Shown here one piece after another: positions 19,759 to 27,354 of a stretch of 64,000 bases of DNA. A model generated the notes under the pieces. That model saw only the letters and a program-made list of their open reading frames with translations. It had not been told where the DNA came from and ran no database searches. The stretch is from Actinomycetales bacterium (GTDB lineage Bacteria > Actinomycetota > Actinomycetes > Actinomycetales > CAWJMD01). The stretch spans positions 19,839-83,838 of the forward strand of contig JBKECN010000055.1 of NCBI GenBank assembly GCA_047974565.1. Reading direction: 5' to 3'. The position numbers were made by a program, and so were the translations under genes. Position 1 is the stretch's first letter. Each line of letters starts with the position of its first letter.

Positions 19759-21606
19759 GTGTCAACTCTCACCGTCACCGCGCACCGCAACGATCATGGC
19801 CCCTTCACCGCCCCGGGCAACATCCTGCGGGCGCTGCGCGTCGACCTGCTGCGCGATCACCGTGACCTCCTCCAGGCGCACGATGTCGAGGTGCTTTCGG
19901 CGGCTCCGGAGTACGCGGCCGACCTGGCCAACCTGCGCCCGACGCAGACCTCGTCGATCGATCCCCGAGCGCGGACCCGCTACTACCCGCCCGCGTGGAT
20001 CACCCGGATCTGCCACGGCCTGGTCGATCTCATGCTGGTGCTGGCCGAGCGTGGCGTCCTGCGGACGATCGAGTTCACCCACCTGGCGAACGCGGACCCG
20101 TCCGACACCGAGTTCGTCGCCGTCCTCGCTCGTCGCAGCGCGGGACGGATCCTGGTGCGCGAGGTAGCCGCGCAGGACCCGCCGCCGGCACCGGATCTGG
20201 CCACCTACTACGTTGAAACAGACTGTGTCAGTGACGATCCCGAGGTGTTGTCGGCCTACGTCGAGCTTGAGGAGGCCGTCCGACAGGCCCTGCACGGCAA
20301 GCGGATGCGCCAGATCCGCGAGGCCATCGCCGGGGGATGCACCAGCCTGCGTCGGTGGACCCTGGCCATGCATGCCGAGCGGTCTGGCGACCCGCAGCAG
20401 GCGGTGAGCGCTCTGACCGAGGCGATTGAGGCGTGTGTTCTCGAGGGGTTCTACGACGCCGTCGTCGAGCTGGGGAGCAGGCTCCTGCCGCTCCTGGATC
20501 CGGCGAGCCAGCCGGATGAGCGGTGGCTGGTGATCGCCAAGGTGACTCTGGCGCAAAGTGCCCTGGGTCGCCTGGAGGACGCCGAGGCCGCCTATGACGA
20601 GGCGTGCGCCGCCACCACGCACCCCAGCACGCACCTGCAGAGCTACTACGGGCGAGCCATGCTGCTGACCCGCTTCGCCGAGCCGAGCGAGCGCGACCAT
20701 CGCCGCGCCGAAGCCCTGGTCAACACGGCGATCACCATCGCCTCGTTGCTGCCGGACGACGCACGTCGTGAGTTCAACACGACCTTCAACGAGAACGGGC
20801 TCGCCCTGGTCGAGATGCACCTGGGGAATCTGCACGAGTCGCTGCGCCTGGTGGAGACCGGCATCGCCCGGCTGGACCAGGCCACCGAGCATGACCGGGA
20901 CCTCCAGCATCGATGGGTTCTGGAGCACAACCGAGCCCAACTGCTCACCGCACTGGCCCGCCCGCACGAGGCTCTGGAGTGCTATGCCGAGCTGCTCCAG
21001 GTGGATCCGCACCACAGCGAGTATCACCTCGACCATGCCGGGGTGCTTCGGGCCGTGGGCCGGCTGGAGGAGGCCGAAAGCGAACTGGGCGAGGCGATCC
21101 GGTGCAGTCCGCCATACCCGGAGGCGGTGTACAACCGCGCCGATCTACGTGCCTCCTGCGGCGACCTGGCGGGAGCTGTGGCCGATCTTCGCCGAGTGCT
21201 CGAGCTCGACCCGGCCTTCCCGAATGCCTGCGCCAACCTCGCCGGCCTGCTCCTGGAAGAGGGTCAGGCGCGTCTCGCCCGGGAGGTGGCTGCGAACGGA
21301 TTGCGGGCGGACCCGGCGGACGTCGCATTGCGCACCGTGTTGGCCCAGGCCGAGCATGAACTCGGCGATCTCGACGCGGCAGTGAGCGGATACCGCGCAG
21401 CCCTCGAGATCGACCCGCACTTCGTGCCGGCACTGGCCGGACGAGCTGTCGCGGCCTTCGAGGTCGGCACCGCAGACAGCCTGCACACGGCCGTGGAGTG
21501 TCTGGAGCGAGCGGTCAGGCTCAGCGACGACCCCGACCTGGTCGAGAACCTGGCTCTGGCCGTATCCCGTCAGGAGGTCCTGGGTAAGACCGCCTCGGGA
21601 GACTGA
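19759..21606 (+). CDS. TPR-repeat protein with an uncharacterised ~190-aa N-terminal domain
   Basis: 615-aa ORF. The GTG at 19759 has AAGGAG 7 nt upstream. The C-terminal ~400 aa are tandem TPR-like helices (for example AEAAYDEA, LEEAESELGEAIRCSPPYPEAVYNRADL, YRAALEIDPHFVPAL). Confidence 0.75.
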   Translation: MSTLTVTAHRNDHGPFTAPGNILRALRVDLLRDHRDLLQAHDVEVLSAAPEYAADLANLRPTQTSSIDPRARTRYYPPAWITRICHGLVDLMLVLAERGVLRTIEFTHLANADPSDTEFVAVLARRSAGRILVREVAAQDPPPAPDLATYYVETDCVSDDPEVLSAYVELEEAVRQALHGKRMRQIREAIAGGCTSLRRWTLAMHAERSGDPQQAVSALTEAIEACVLEGFYDAVVELGSRLLPLLDPASQPDERWLVIAKVTLAQSALGRLEDAEAAYDEACAATTHPSTHLQSYYGRAMLLTRFAEPSERDHRRAEALVNTAITIASLLPDDARREFNTTFNENGLALVEMHLGNLHESLRLVETGIARLDQATEHDRDLQHRWVLEHNRAQLLTALARPHEALECYAELLQVDPHHSEYHLDHAGVLRAVGRLEEAESELGEAIRCSPPYPEAVYNRADLRASCGDLAGAVADLRRVLELDPAFPNACANLAGLLLEEGQARLAREVAANGLRADPADVALRTVLAQAEHELGDLDAAVSGYRAALEIDPHFVPALAGRAVAAFEVGTADSLHTAVECLERAVRLSDDPDLVENLALAVSRQEVLGKTASGD

Positions 21607-21624
21607 GGCGAGGCAGGGCGGGGA

Positions 21625-21655
21625 TTACGAGACACGCCTGGGGTGTGTCTCGTAA
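21625..21655. terminator. 14-bp stem hairpin (TTACGAGACACGCC-TGG-GGTGTGTCTCGTAA) 19 nt after the TPR gene stop
   Basis: 13 Watson-Crick pairs plus 1 G-U pair, with a 3-nt loop. The left arm is repeated at 21787-21800. Confidence 0.6.
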
Positions 21656-21800
21656 GGCAAGCCCGTCGCGAGCAGGCTCTGGCGGAGTGGGCGGCAAGGC
21701 GGACGAGCGAGGGCGTGGCAGAGCCACGTCGAGTCGAGGACAACGCCGCCGGACGCCCGCCAGGGTCCTGCGCAGCAGGGGCGGGATTACGAGACACGCC

Positions 21801-22463
21801 CTAGTCCAGCGGCCGCAACTCGTCGGCGTAGGAGACCGACACCCGGCGCAGCATGCCGCTGGGGCTCACGGCGTACTGGCCCATCCGCCACAGCGGGGGC
21901 GAGTAGGCGTGAATCGACACCGAGTTCGGCTCCAGGCCGGTGAGCCGGTGAATGTGCTCGGGGCCGAAGGAGAAGACCTGCCCGGCCTCCACCCGGGTGG
22001 CGAGTTCCGGTTGCCCGATGGCCAGGTTGTGCTCGATCAGGGCGCCCTCGGCGACGGCCACCGCGCCGGAGGAGATGTCGTGGTCGTGCCAGCCGGTGTC
22101 GTTGGCCGGAGTCCAGCAGAGCACCCACACGTCGATGTGGGAGTCGCGGTACAGGCTCACGTAGTGGCGGTGGTCATCGGTGTAGTCGACGTACTGGTGC
22201 CACAGCTCGGGCCGGGCCGCCACACTCGCGGCCAGCACCCGCAACTCCTGCGAATCCAGGTCGGTGCCGGTAACCGCCTCGAATCCGGCGAAGTCCGGAT
22301 CGTCCGCGTCGGAGAGCGGCTCGGCTCGCTGCGCCGGCACTCCCACGGTGGATGGCCCGGCAACCAGTTGGGCGGCCTCCTCCAACGGGATGGGCTCGGG
22401 GGCCGGTGCCAGCTCCGGTAGAGCCGGGGCGATGGCAGGGTGCGAGGTGAGGCCGTCTGTCAC
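21801..22463 (-). CDS. cysteine dioxygenase type I-like (thiol dioxygenase, cupin) protein
   Basis: The ORF is 21801-22640. The GTG at 22463 has AAAGGAG 7 nt upstream and overlaps the upstream stop (GTGA). Cupin core: DVWVLCWTPANDTGWHDHDISSGAVAV...GPEHIHRL. Confidence 0.75.
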   Translation of the reverse strand: MTDGLTSHPAIAPALPELAPAPEPIPLEEAAQLVAGPSTVGVPAQRAEPLSDADDPDFAGFEAVTGTDLDSQELRVLAASVAARPELWHQYVDYTDDHRHYVSLYRDSHIDVWVLCWTPANDTGWHDHDISSGAVAVAEGALIEHNLAIGQPELATRVEAGQVFSFGPEHIHRLTGLEPNSVSIHAYSPPLWRMGQYAVSPSGMLRRVSVSYADELRPLD

Positions 22464-23629
22464 GGCGAGACTCCTTTCGGTTGTGCCGAGGCCGGCGGGG
22501 CCTGGGTCGGCGTGCGGTCCCCGGGGAGCGGGTCCGGCGGGTGGCCGAGGGCTCGATGGCCCTCGGGGTGGGCAAGGTGGACGGGGTATGCAGTCACGTC
22601 CGTCGTGGATGCCGTACGACCGTCCTGGTGGGTGGGCCATCCGGGACGAAACCCGGCATCCGGCCGGGTGGCGACCGGTGCGCCACGACGGTGGCCGGGC
22701 ACGTGGGGATGAGGCAGAGCGTGCCCTCCCAGCAGCCGGCGAGGGTTGGTGACGCTGATCGCGTGCCAGGCTGCCTCGCCCAGGTGCGGATCCACCGGGT
22801 GGGCGTAGGGCCGGTCGCTGCCCAGCACCACCGTGTCGATGCCGAGGGCCCGCACCAAGGCATCCACGCCCTGCCGGCGATAGGACGAGGTCTCCACGAA
22901 AACCAGGGGATCGACCACGAAGGGTTGTCCGCTGCGTACCGCGAAGCGCTCGTGGTGGGCCGGTGCCAGCCCGGCTCCGGCCGCGAAACAGATTCGTAAC
23001 TCAGGCAGTTCGACCCGGCCTGCGGCTCGGAAGGCCCACCAGGCGGCCTGCATCTGGGTGGGGTAGTCGACCATCGCGGGCCACCACGAGGGCACCGCCG
23101 GGGCTCGGTGCTCCGGGGTTCGGTGTGCCGGCCCGGGGTGGACCAGCACCGGGCGTCCGAGTTCCTCGCAGAGGGCGAGGGTGGCGAGCACTCCGGTGAG
23201 CGCCGCCGGGTCGCGCATCCAGGTGGCCGAGATCTGCAGCCCGACCACCTCTGGACGCTGCAGCCGGTCACGAAGGGCATCGAGGTCTGGCTCGAGGTGG
23301 GTGGTGGCGGCCCAGTAGCCGTAGCGATGGGCTGCGTCGGCGACGCCGCCGTGCCAGGCGTCGAGCAACTCGGCGGCCTCCTCCGGCGGCAGTTCCTCGA
23401 TGCCCAACGGCGTCGACAGCGAGAGCAGGATCAGGTCGATGTCCGGGTCCAGGCGAGACCTGACCGCCGGGTCGTGATCGGTGGGCCTGATCTCGAAGGG
23501 AGCTTCGTACTCGGTGTGCAGGGTCCAGCCGTCCAACCGCGGTGGGCGGTTCCGGCGTCGCAGGGCGTCGATGAGCGCCTCGGGCCACAGATGTTGATGG
23601 ACGTCCACCCGCAGCACTGACCGCTGCAT
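22460..23629 (-). CDS. amidohydrolase-2 (ACMSD-like metal-dependent hydrolase/decarboxylase) family protein with an odd ~90-aa C-terminal tail
   Basis: The ORF is 22460-23791. The ATG at 23629 has GGGAGGTGAGG upstream. The N-terminal motif VDVHQHLWP is typical of the family. The tail after ...NPRRLLGG is Pro/His/Arg-rich with lower GC3. Confidence 0.75.
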   Translation of the reverse strand: MQRSVLRVDVHQHLWPEALIDALRRRNRPPRLDGWTLHTEYEAPFEIRPTDHDPAVRSRLDPDIDLILLSLSTPLGIEELPPEEAAELLDAWHGGVADAAHRYGYWAATTHLEPDLDALRDRLQRPEVVGLQISATWMRDPAALTGVLATLALCEELGRPVLVHPGPAHRTPEHRAPAVPSWWPAMVDYPTQMQAAWWAFRAAGRVELPELRICFAAGAGLAPAHHERFAVRSGQPFVVDPLVFVETSSYRRQGVDALVRALGIDTVVLGSDRPYAHPVDPHLGEAAWHAISVTNPRRLLGGHALPHPHVPGHRRGAPVATRPDAGFRPGWPTHQDGRTASTTDVTAYPVHLAHPEGHRALGHPPDPLPGDRTPTQAPPASAQPKGVSP

Positions 23630-23680
23630 CGACCTCACCTCCCTGTCTGCTCTTGTGACCGCGCTGATGCGCGGTGTACC

Positions 23681-23736
23681 TGGTGCGTCCGGTGGACGCG
23701 GTGTTGCTTGGTGCGTCCGGTGGACGCGGTGCTGCT
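23681..23736. promoter_or_regulatory. two tandem 28-bp repeats, each containing the palindrome GCGTCC-GGT-GGACGC
   Basis: TGGTGCGTCCGGTGGACGCGGTGTTGCT at 23681-23708 and TGGTGCGTCCGGTGGACGCGGTGCTGCT at 23709-23736 (27/28 identical). They lie 52-107 nt upstream of the amidohydrolase start. Confidence 0.5.
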
Positions 23737-24062
23737 CAACTCGCGGCTCGAGCCGTGCTGCTCGCCCGGCGCTGCGTCCGCCAACGGGCACTGCACGAGT
23801 CGGGCCCTCACCCGAGACGGCGATCGCGCCTCGCCGATGGGCCGTGGCGAACCGATCGGTACGGCGCGCACTCCGGCCGACGTCGGCGACGGGGCGCTCT
23901 CAGCGTGTCGTCGCGTGCGCGGCTCTCGACGACCGGCACTACGACCTGCCGCCGGGCGATGCTGCCACCGGAATCGGTGCCGCCGCAGGGTCGGGGTGGG
24001 TCCAAGCCGCTGCCCGGCCGCCGAGGCCGCCTGCTGTCCGCGGGCTCGCGAGACCATCTCAG

Positions 24063-24076
24063 TTTAAACGCTTAAG
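24063..24076. promoter_or_regulatory. AT-rich CG-centred pseudo-palindrome TTTAAACGCTTAAG (LacI-family-operator-like) upstream of the LacI gene
   Basis: It has a central CG and half-sites TTTAAAC / CTTAAGC (5/7 symmetric). A related site, TTTAACCGCTTCAC, occurs at 33671-33684. Confidence 0.35.
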
Positions 24077-24196
24077 TGTCAAGGCGCCAGTGGTTTCGGG
24101 AACGAGACGTCACCCTTTCCGGCGCCGATGGGACGCTACGGGCGATACGAGAGTGTTCCGGAGGATGGCGCGAGGCCACATTGCTAGGGTGCGGGC

Positions 24197-25210
24197 GTGG
24201 CTCAACCACGCCGCGTGACTCTGCGCGACATCTCCGCCGACACCGGACTCTCGGTGGCGGCGGTTTCGTACGCGCTGCGTGGGCTGCACGTCCCCGAGGA
24301 GACGCAGATTCGCGTCCGCGAGTCTGCTGAGCGACTCGGCTACAAGGTCAACCCGATCGCCCGCGCCTTGGCATCCGGCCGCTCCGACCAGGTGGGGGTG
24401 ATGTGTCGCTCCCTGGCGGATCTGTGGCAGCAGGGTACCTCCGCCAGGCTTGGCCGGGCACTGCTGGCCACCGGTCGGCAGGCTCTCATCGTCGACTCCT
24501 GTGACGATCCCGATCTGGAGGAAAGACTGGCTCGCCGGCTGCTCGACCAGCGGGTCGACGCCCTGCTCACCTTCCCGGTGAATCCGGCGGCCGAGCACTG
24601 GGCGCAGGCCGCGCAGGAGACCGTGTTGGTCTCCATCGGGGATGCCCTGCCCGGCGCGGCCACGTATGCCGAGATCGTCTTCGACAATCAGCGAGCGGTT
24701 CGCTCGGCCCTCGACGGTCTGGTCGGTCTTGGACATTCGCGAATCGCGGTGCTCACCCACATCGACAACTCGACTCCGGACCGGCCGATCGAACTCGTCG
24801 TGCAGCAGATGGCCGAGGATTCGCACGCCGATATTCGGCTGCACACCTGCATGAGCGACCTCGAAGGGTCGGCCACCGTGGTCACGCGGCTTCTTCAGGG
24901 CGCGGACCCCCCTACCGCTTTCTGCTGTCTGGCGGACTCGATGGCCTACGGCGTCTACTCGGCCGCCCGGGCCCTGGGCCTGTCCATCCCCGAGGACATC
25001 TCCGTGGTTGGCAACGACGACAACCCGATCTCGACGCTGCTCACGCCCCCGCTGTGGAGCTACGAGTGGCCTGTCTCGGAGGTGGTGAGCGCGATCGTCG
25101 ACGCCACCACCGAGGGCGTGGTGGACGAGATCCGCCGGGGCCGTACGGTGATCTCGGCCCGCGAGCATCGCCGAGCATCGGCGGCCGCGCCCCCCGGCGC
25201 GGATTCCTGA
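24197..25210 (+). CDS. LacI-family transcriptional regulator
   Basis: 337-aa ORF with an N-terminal HTH (VTLRDISADTGLSVAAVSYALRG) and a periplasmic-binding-protein-like effector domain. Confidence 0.9.
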   Translation: MAQPRRVTLRDISADTGLSVAAVSYALRGLHVPEETQIRVRESAERLGYKVNPIARALASGRSDQVGVMCRSLADLWQQGTSARLGRALLATGRQALIVDSCDDPDLEERLARRLLDQRVDALLTFPVNPAAEHWAQAAQETVLVSIGDALPGAATYAEIVFDNQRAVRSALDGLVGLGHSRIAVLTHIDNSTPDRPIELVVQQMAEDSHADIRLHTCMSDLEGSATVVTRLLQGADPPTAFCCLADSMAYGVYSAARALGLSIPEDISVVGNDDNPISTLLTPPLWSYEWPVSEVVSAIVDATTEGVVDEIRRGRTVISAREHRRASAAAPPGADS

Positions 25211-25238
25211 GCGTCAGCCGGACCGGGTCGCCTCGGTT

Positions 25239-25303
25239 GGTCGGGGTTGTTTTCGGTCGGGGGTTGCTTTCGATCGGGGCAGGTTGGGGTCAGGGCAGGT
25301 TGG
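25239..25303 (+). repeat. four consecutive ~16-nt G-rich units (GGTCGGGGTTGTTTTC, GGTCGGGGGTTGCTTTC, GATCGGGGCAGGTTGG, GGTCAGGGCAGGTTGG)
   Basis: Read directly from the sequence. It lies between the LacI stop and etfB, and each unit carries a G3-5 tract. Confidence 0.6.
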
Positions 25304-25505
25304 TCTGCCATGGTTTGGCAGGTGGAGCCAGGTGGTTGAGACTGGCGGCGTCGCACCCCAGGTCGGCACGGCCGAATGCTACTTGCGGGTAATCACCGTC
25401 TAGGGTGATGCCTGCATCACACCAAGCGTGACCGGGATGGCCTGAGCTGCCGCCGCCTGGCAGGGTGTGAACTCTCAGCGTCATCGTCCAAGGAGGGATG
25501 AGTTC

Positions 25506-26285
25506 GTGAAGATCGTCGTCTGTGTCAAGTACTGTCCGGACGCTCAGGCAGACCGGCGGTTCACCGCCGACAACACCACCGAGCGTGAGGCGGTCGACGG
25601 TGTCCTCTCCGAACTGGACGAGTACGCGGTCGAGCAGGCCCTGGTGATCACCGAGGCCGAAGGGGGCGAGGTCGTCGCCCTGACCATCGGCCCCGAGCCG
25701 GCCAGCCTGGCGGTACGCAAGTCGTTGCAGATGGGGGCCGACTCGGGTGTCCACGTGCAGGACGACGCGATCCATGGCTCCGATGCGGTAGCGACGTCCC
25801 TGTTGCTGGCCCGCGCCGTGGAGAAGGTGGGCGACGTCGACCTAGTGATGACCGGGATGTCCTCCACCGACGGGGCGATGGGCGTGGTCCCGACGATGGT
25901 CGCGGCCCGACTCGGACTGCCCGCGGTCACCTACGCCTCCGAACTCACCGTGGGCGGCGGGTCGGTGACCGCGGTGCGCGACGGCGACGCCTCCTCGCAG
26001 ACCGTCACCGCGAGCCTGCCCGCTGTGATCTCGGTGACCGACCACATCAACGAGCCGCGCTACCCCTCCTTCAAGGGCATCATGGCGGCGAAGAAGAAGC
26101 CGGTGGAGACTTGGTCGTTGGCCGACCTCGGGGTGGACGCCGGGCAGGTGGGTCTGGGGGCATCCTGGACGAACGTGTCGGCGGTCACCGCCCGCCCGCC
26201 TCGCGAGGCCGGGGAGATCGTCACCGATGAGGGAGACGGCGGAGCCAAGCTCGTCGAGTTCCTCAAAGCCCGCAAGTTCGCCTGA
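25506..26285 (+). CDS. etfB: electron transfer flavoprotein beta subunit
   Basis: The GTG at 25506 follows AAGGAGGG. The N-terminus VKIVVCVKYCPD is typical of EtfB/FixA. Confidence 0.92.
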   Translation: MKIVVCVKYCPDAQADRRFTADNTTEREAVDGVLSELDEYAVEQALVITEAEGGEVVALTIGPEPASLAVRKSLQMGADSGVHVQDDAIHGSDAVATSLLLARAVEKVGDVDLVMTGMSSTDGAMGVVPTMVAARLGLPAVTYASELTVGGGSVTAVRDGDASSQTVTASLPAVISVTDHINEPRYPSFKGIMAAKKKPVETWSLADLGVDAGQVGLGASWTNVSAVTARPPREAGEIVTDEGDGGAKLVEFLKARKFA

Positions 26286-26315
26286 GTCCGACGACGTAAC
26301 TGGAGGTTTCTGATC

Positions 26316-27263
26316 ATGGGTAATGTTCTGGTGCTCGTCGACCACACCGACGGGGAAGTCCGCAAGACCACGAATGAGTTGCTCACCATCGCCGGCCACC
26401 TCGGTGAGCCGGTGGCGGTGTTCATCGGCAGCGGTGCGGACGCGGCGCTCGCCCAGCTCGGTGAGTACGGCGCCGGCACGGTGTATGTCGTCGACGATCC
26501 GGCCGTGTCGTCCTCGCTCGTGGTGGGACAGGCCGAGGCGCTGGCTCAGATCGCCGGCCAGGTGTCGCCGACCGCGGTTCTCGTGCCGGCCTCGCAGGAG
26601 GGCAAGGAGGTGGCCGCCAGGCTCGCTCTGCTGCTGGAGTCCGGGCTGATCACCGACGCCACCGCCGTGCAGGCGGGAGCGGACGGAGCGATCACCTCCC
26701 AGGCGGCCTTCGCCGCCAACTTCACCGTAGAGGCGGCCGTCACCACCGGCAGCCCGATCATCGCGGTCAAGCCGAACTCGGTTGCGCCCGAGCCCAAACC
26801 GGTGACCCCGCAGGTCGAGTCGGTCTCGGTTCAGCTGTCCGACCTGGCCCGCTCGGTGCAGATCACCGAGACCCGGCCACGGGAGAAGTCCGGCCGCCCG
26901 GATCTGCAGGAGGCGGCCGTGGTGGTCTCCGGCGGTCGTGGCACGAACGGGGACTTCACCGCGGTGGAGGCCTTCGCCGACAGCCTCGGAGCCGCCGTCG
27001 GCGCATCGCGGGCCGCGGTCGACTCGGGCTGGTACCCGCACTCCAACCAGGTCGGCCAGACCGGCAAGCAGGTCTCCCCCCAGCTATACGTGGCCGCCGG
27101 GATCTCCGGCGCCATCCAGCACCGGGCCGGCATGCAGACCTCGAAGACCATCGTCGCGGTGAACAAGGACCCGGAGGCGCCGATGTTCGAACTCGTCGAC
27201 TTCGGTGTGGTCGGTGACCTGTTCGACGTGCTTCCCCAGGCCACCACGACACTCTCGGAGTAG
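26316..27263 (+). CDS. etfA: electron transfer flavoprotein alpha subunit
   Basis: 315-aa ORF with the FAD-binding C-terminal motif [30 protein letters not shown]. Confidence 0.92.
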   Translation: MGNVLVLVDHTDGEVRKTTNELLTIAGHLGEPVAVFIGSGADAALAQLGEYGAGTVYVVDDPAVSSSLVVGQAEALAQIAGQVSPTAVLVPASQEGKEVAARLALLLESGLITDATAVQAGADGAITSQAAFAANFTVEAAVTTGSPIIAVKPNSVAPEPKPVTPQVESVSVQLSDLARSVQITETRPREKSGRPDLQEAAVVVSGGRGTNGDFTAVEAFADSLGAAVGASRAAVDSGWYPHSNQVGQTGKQVSPQLYVAAGISGAIQHRAGMQTSKTIVAVNKDPEAPMFELVDFGVVGDLFDVLPQATTTLSE

Positions 27264-27354
27264 TCGACCGGGCAAGGCCGGGCGATGCTCGTCGCCCGGC
27301 CTGCTCATTGCGCACGTGATCGCGAAGGGACCGTAGCCGTCGACACGTCCTCGG

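Noticed and set aside
22464-22640. ATG at 22640 as the start of the cysteine-dioxygenase-like gene.
   Set aside because: The extra 59 codons are Pro/Arg/Gly junk that overlaps the upstream gene by 180 nt. The GTG at 22463 has an AAAGGAG RBS and a GTGA stop-start overlap typical of coupled genes.
23681-25303. Tandem repeats at 23681-23736 and 25239-25303 (and at 2461-2594, 16303-16370, 17429-17460) as possible CRISPR arrays.
   Set aside because: There are only 2-4 copies, the units abut with no unique spacers of CRISPR size, and there are no cas genes in the window.
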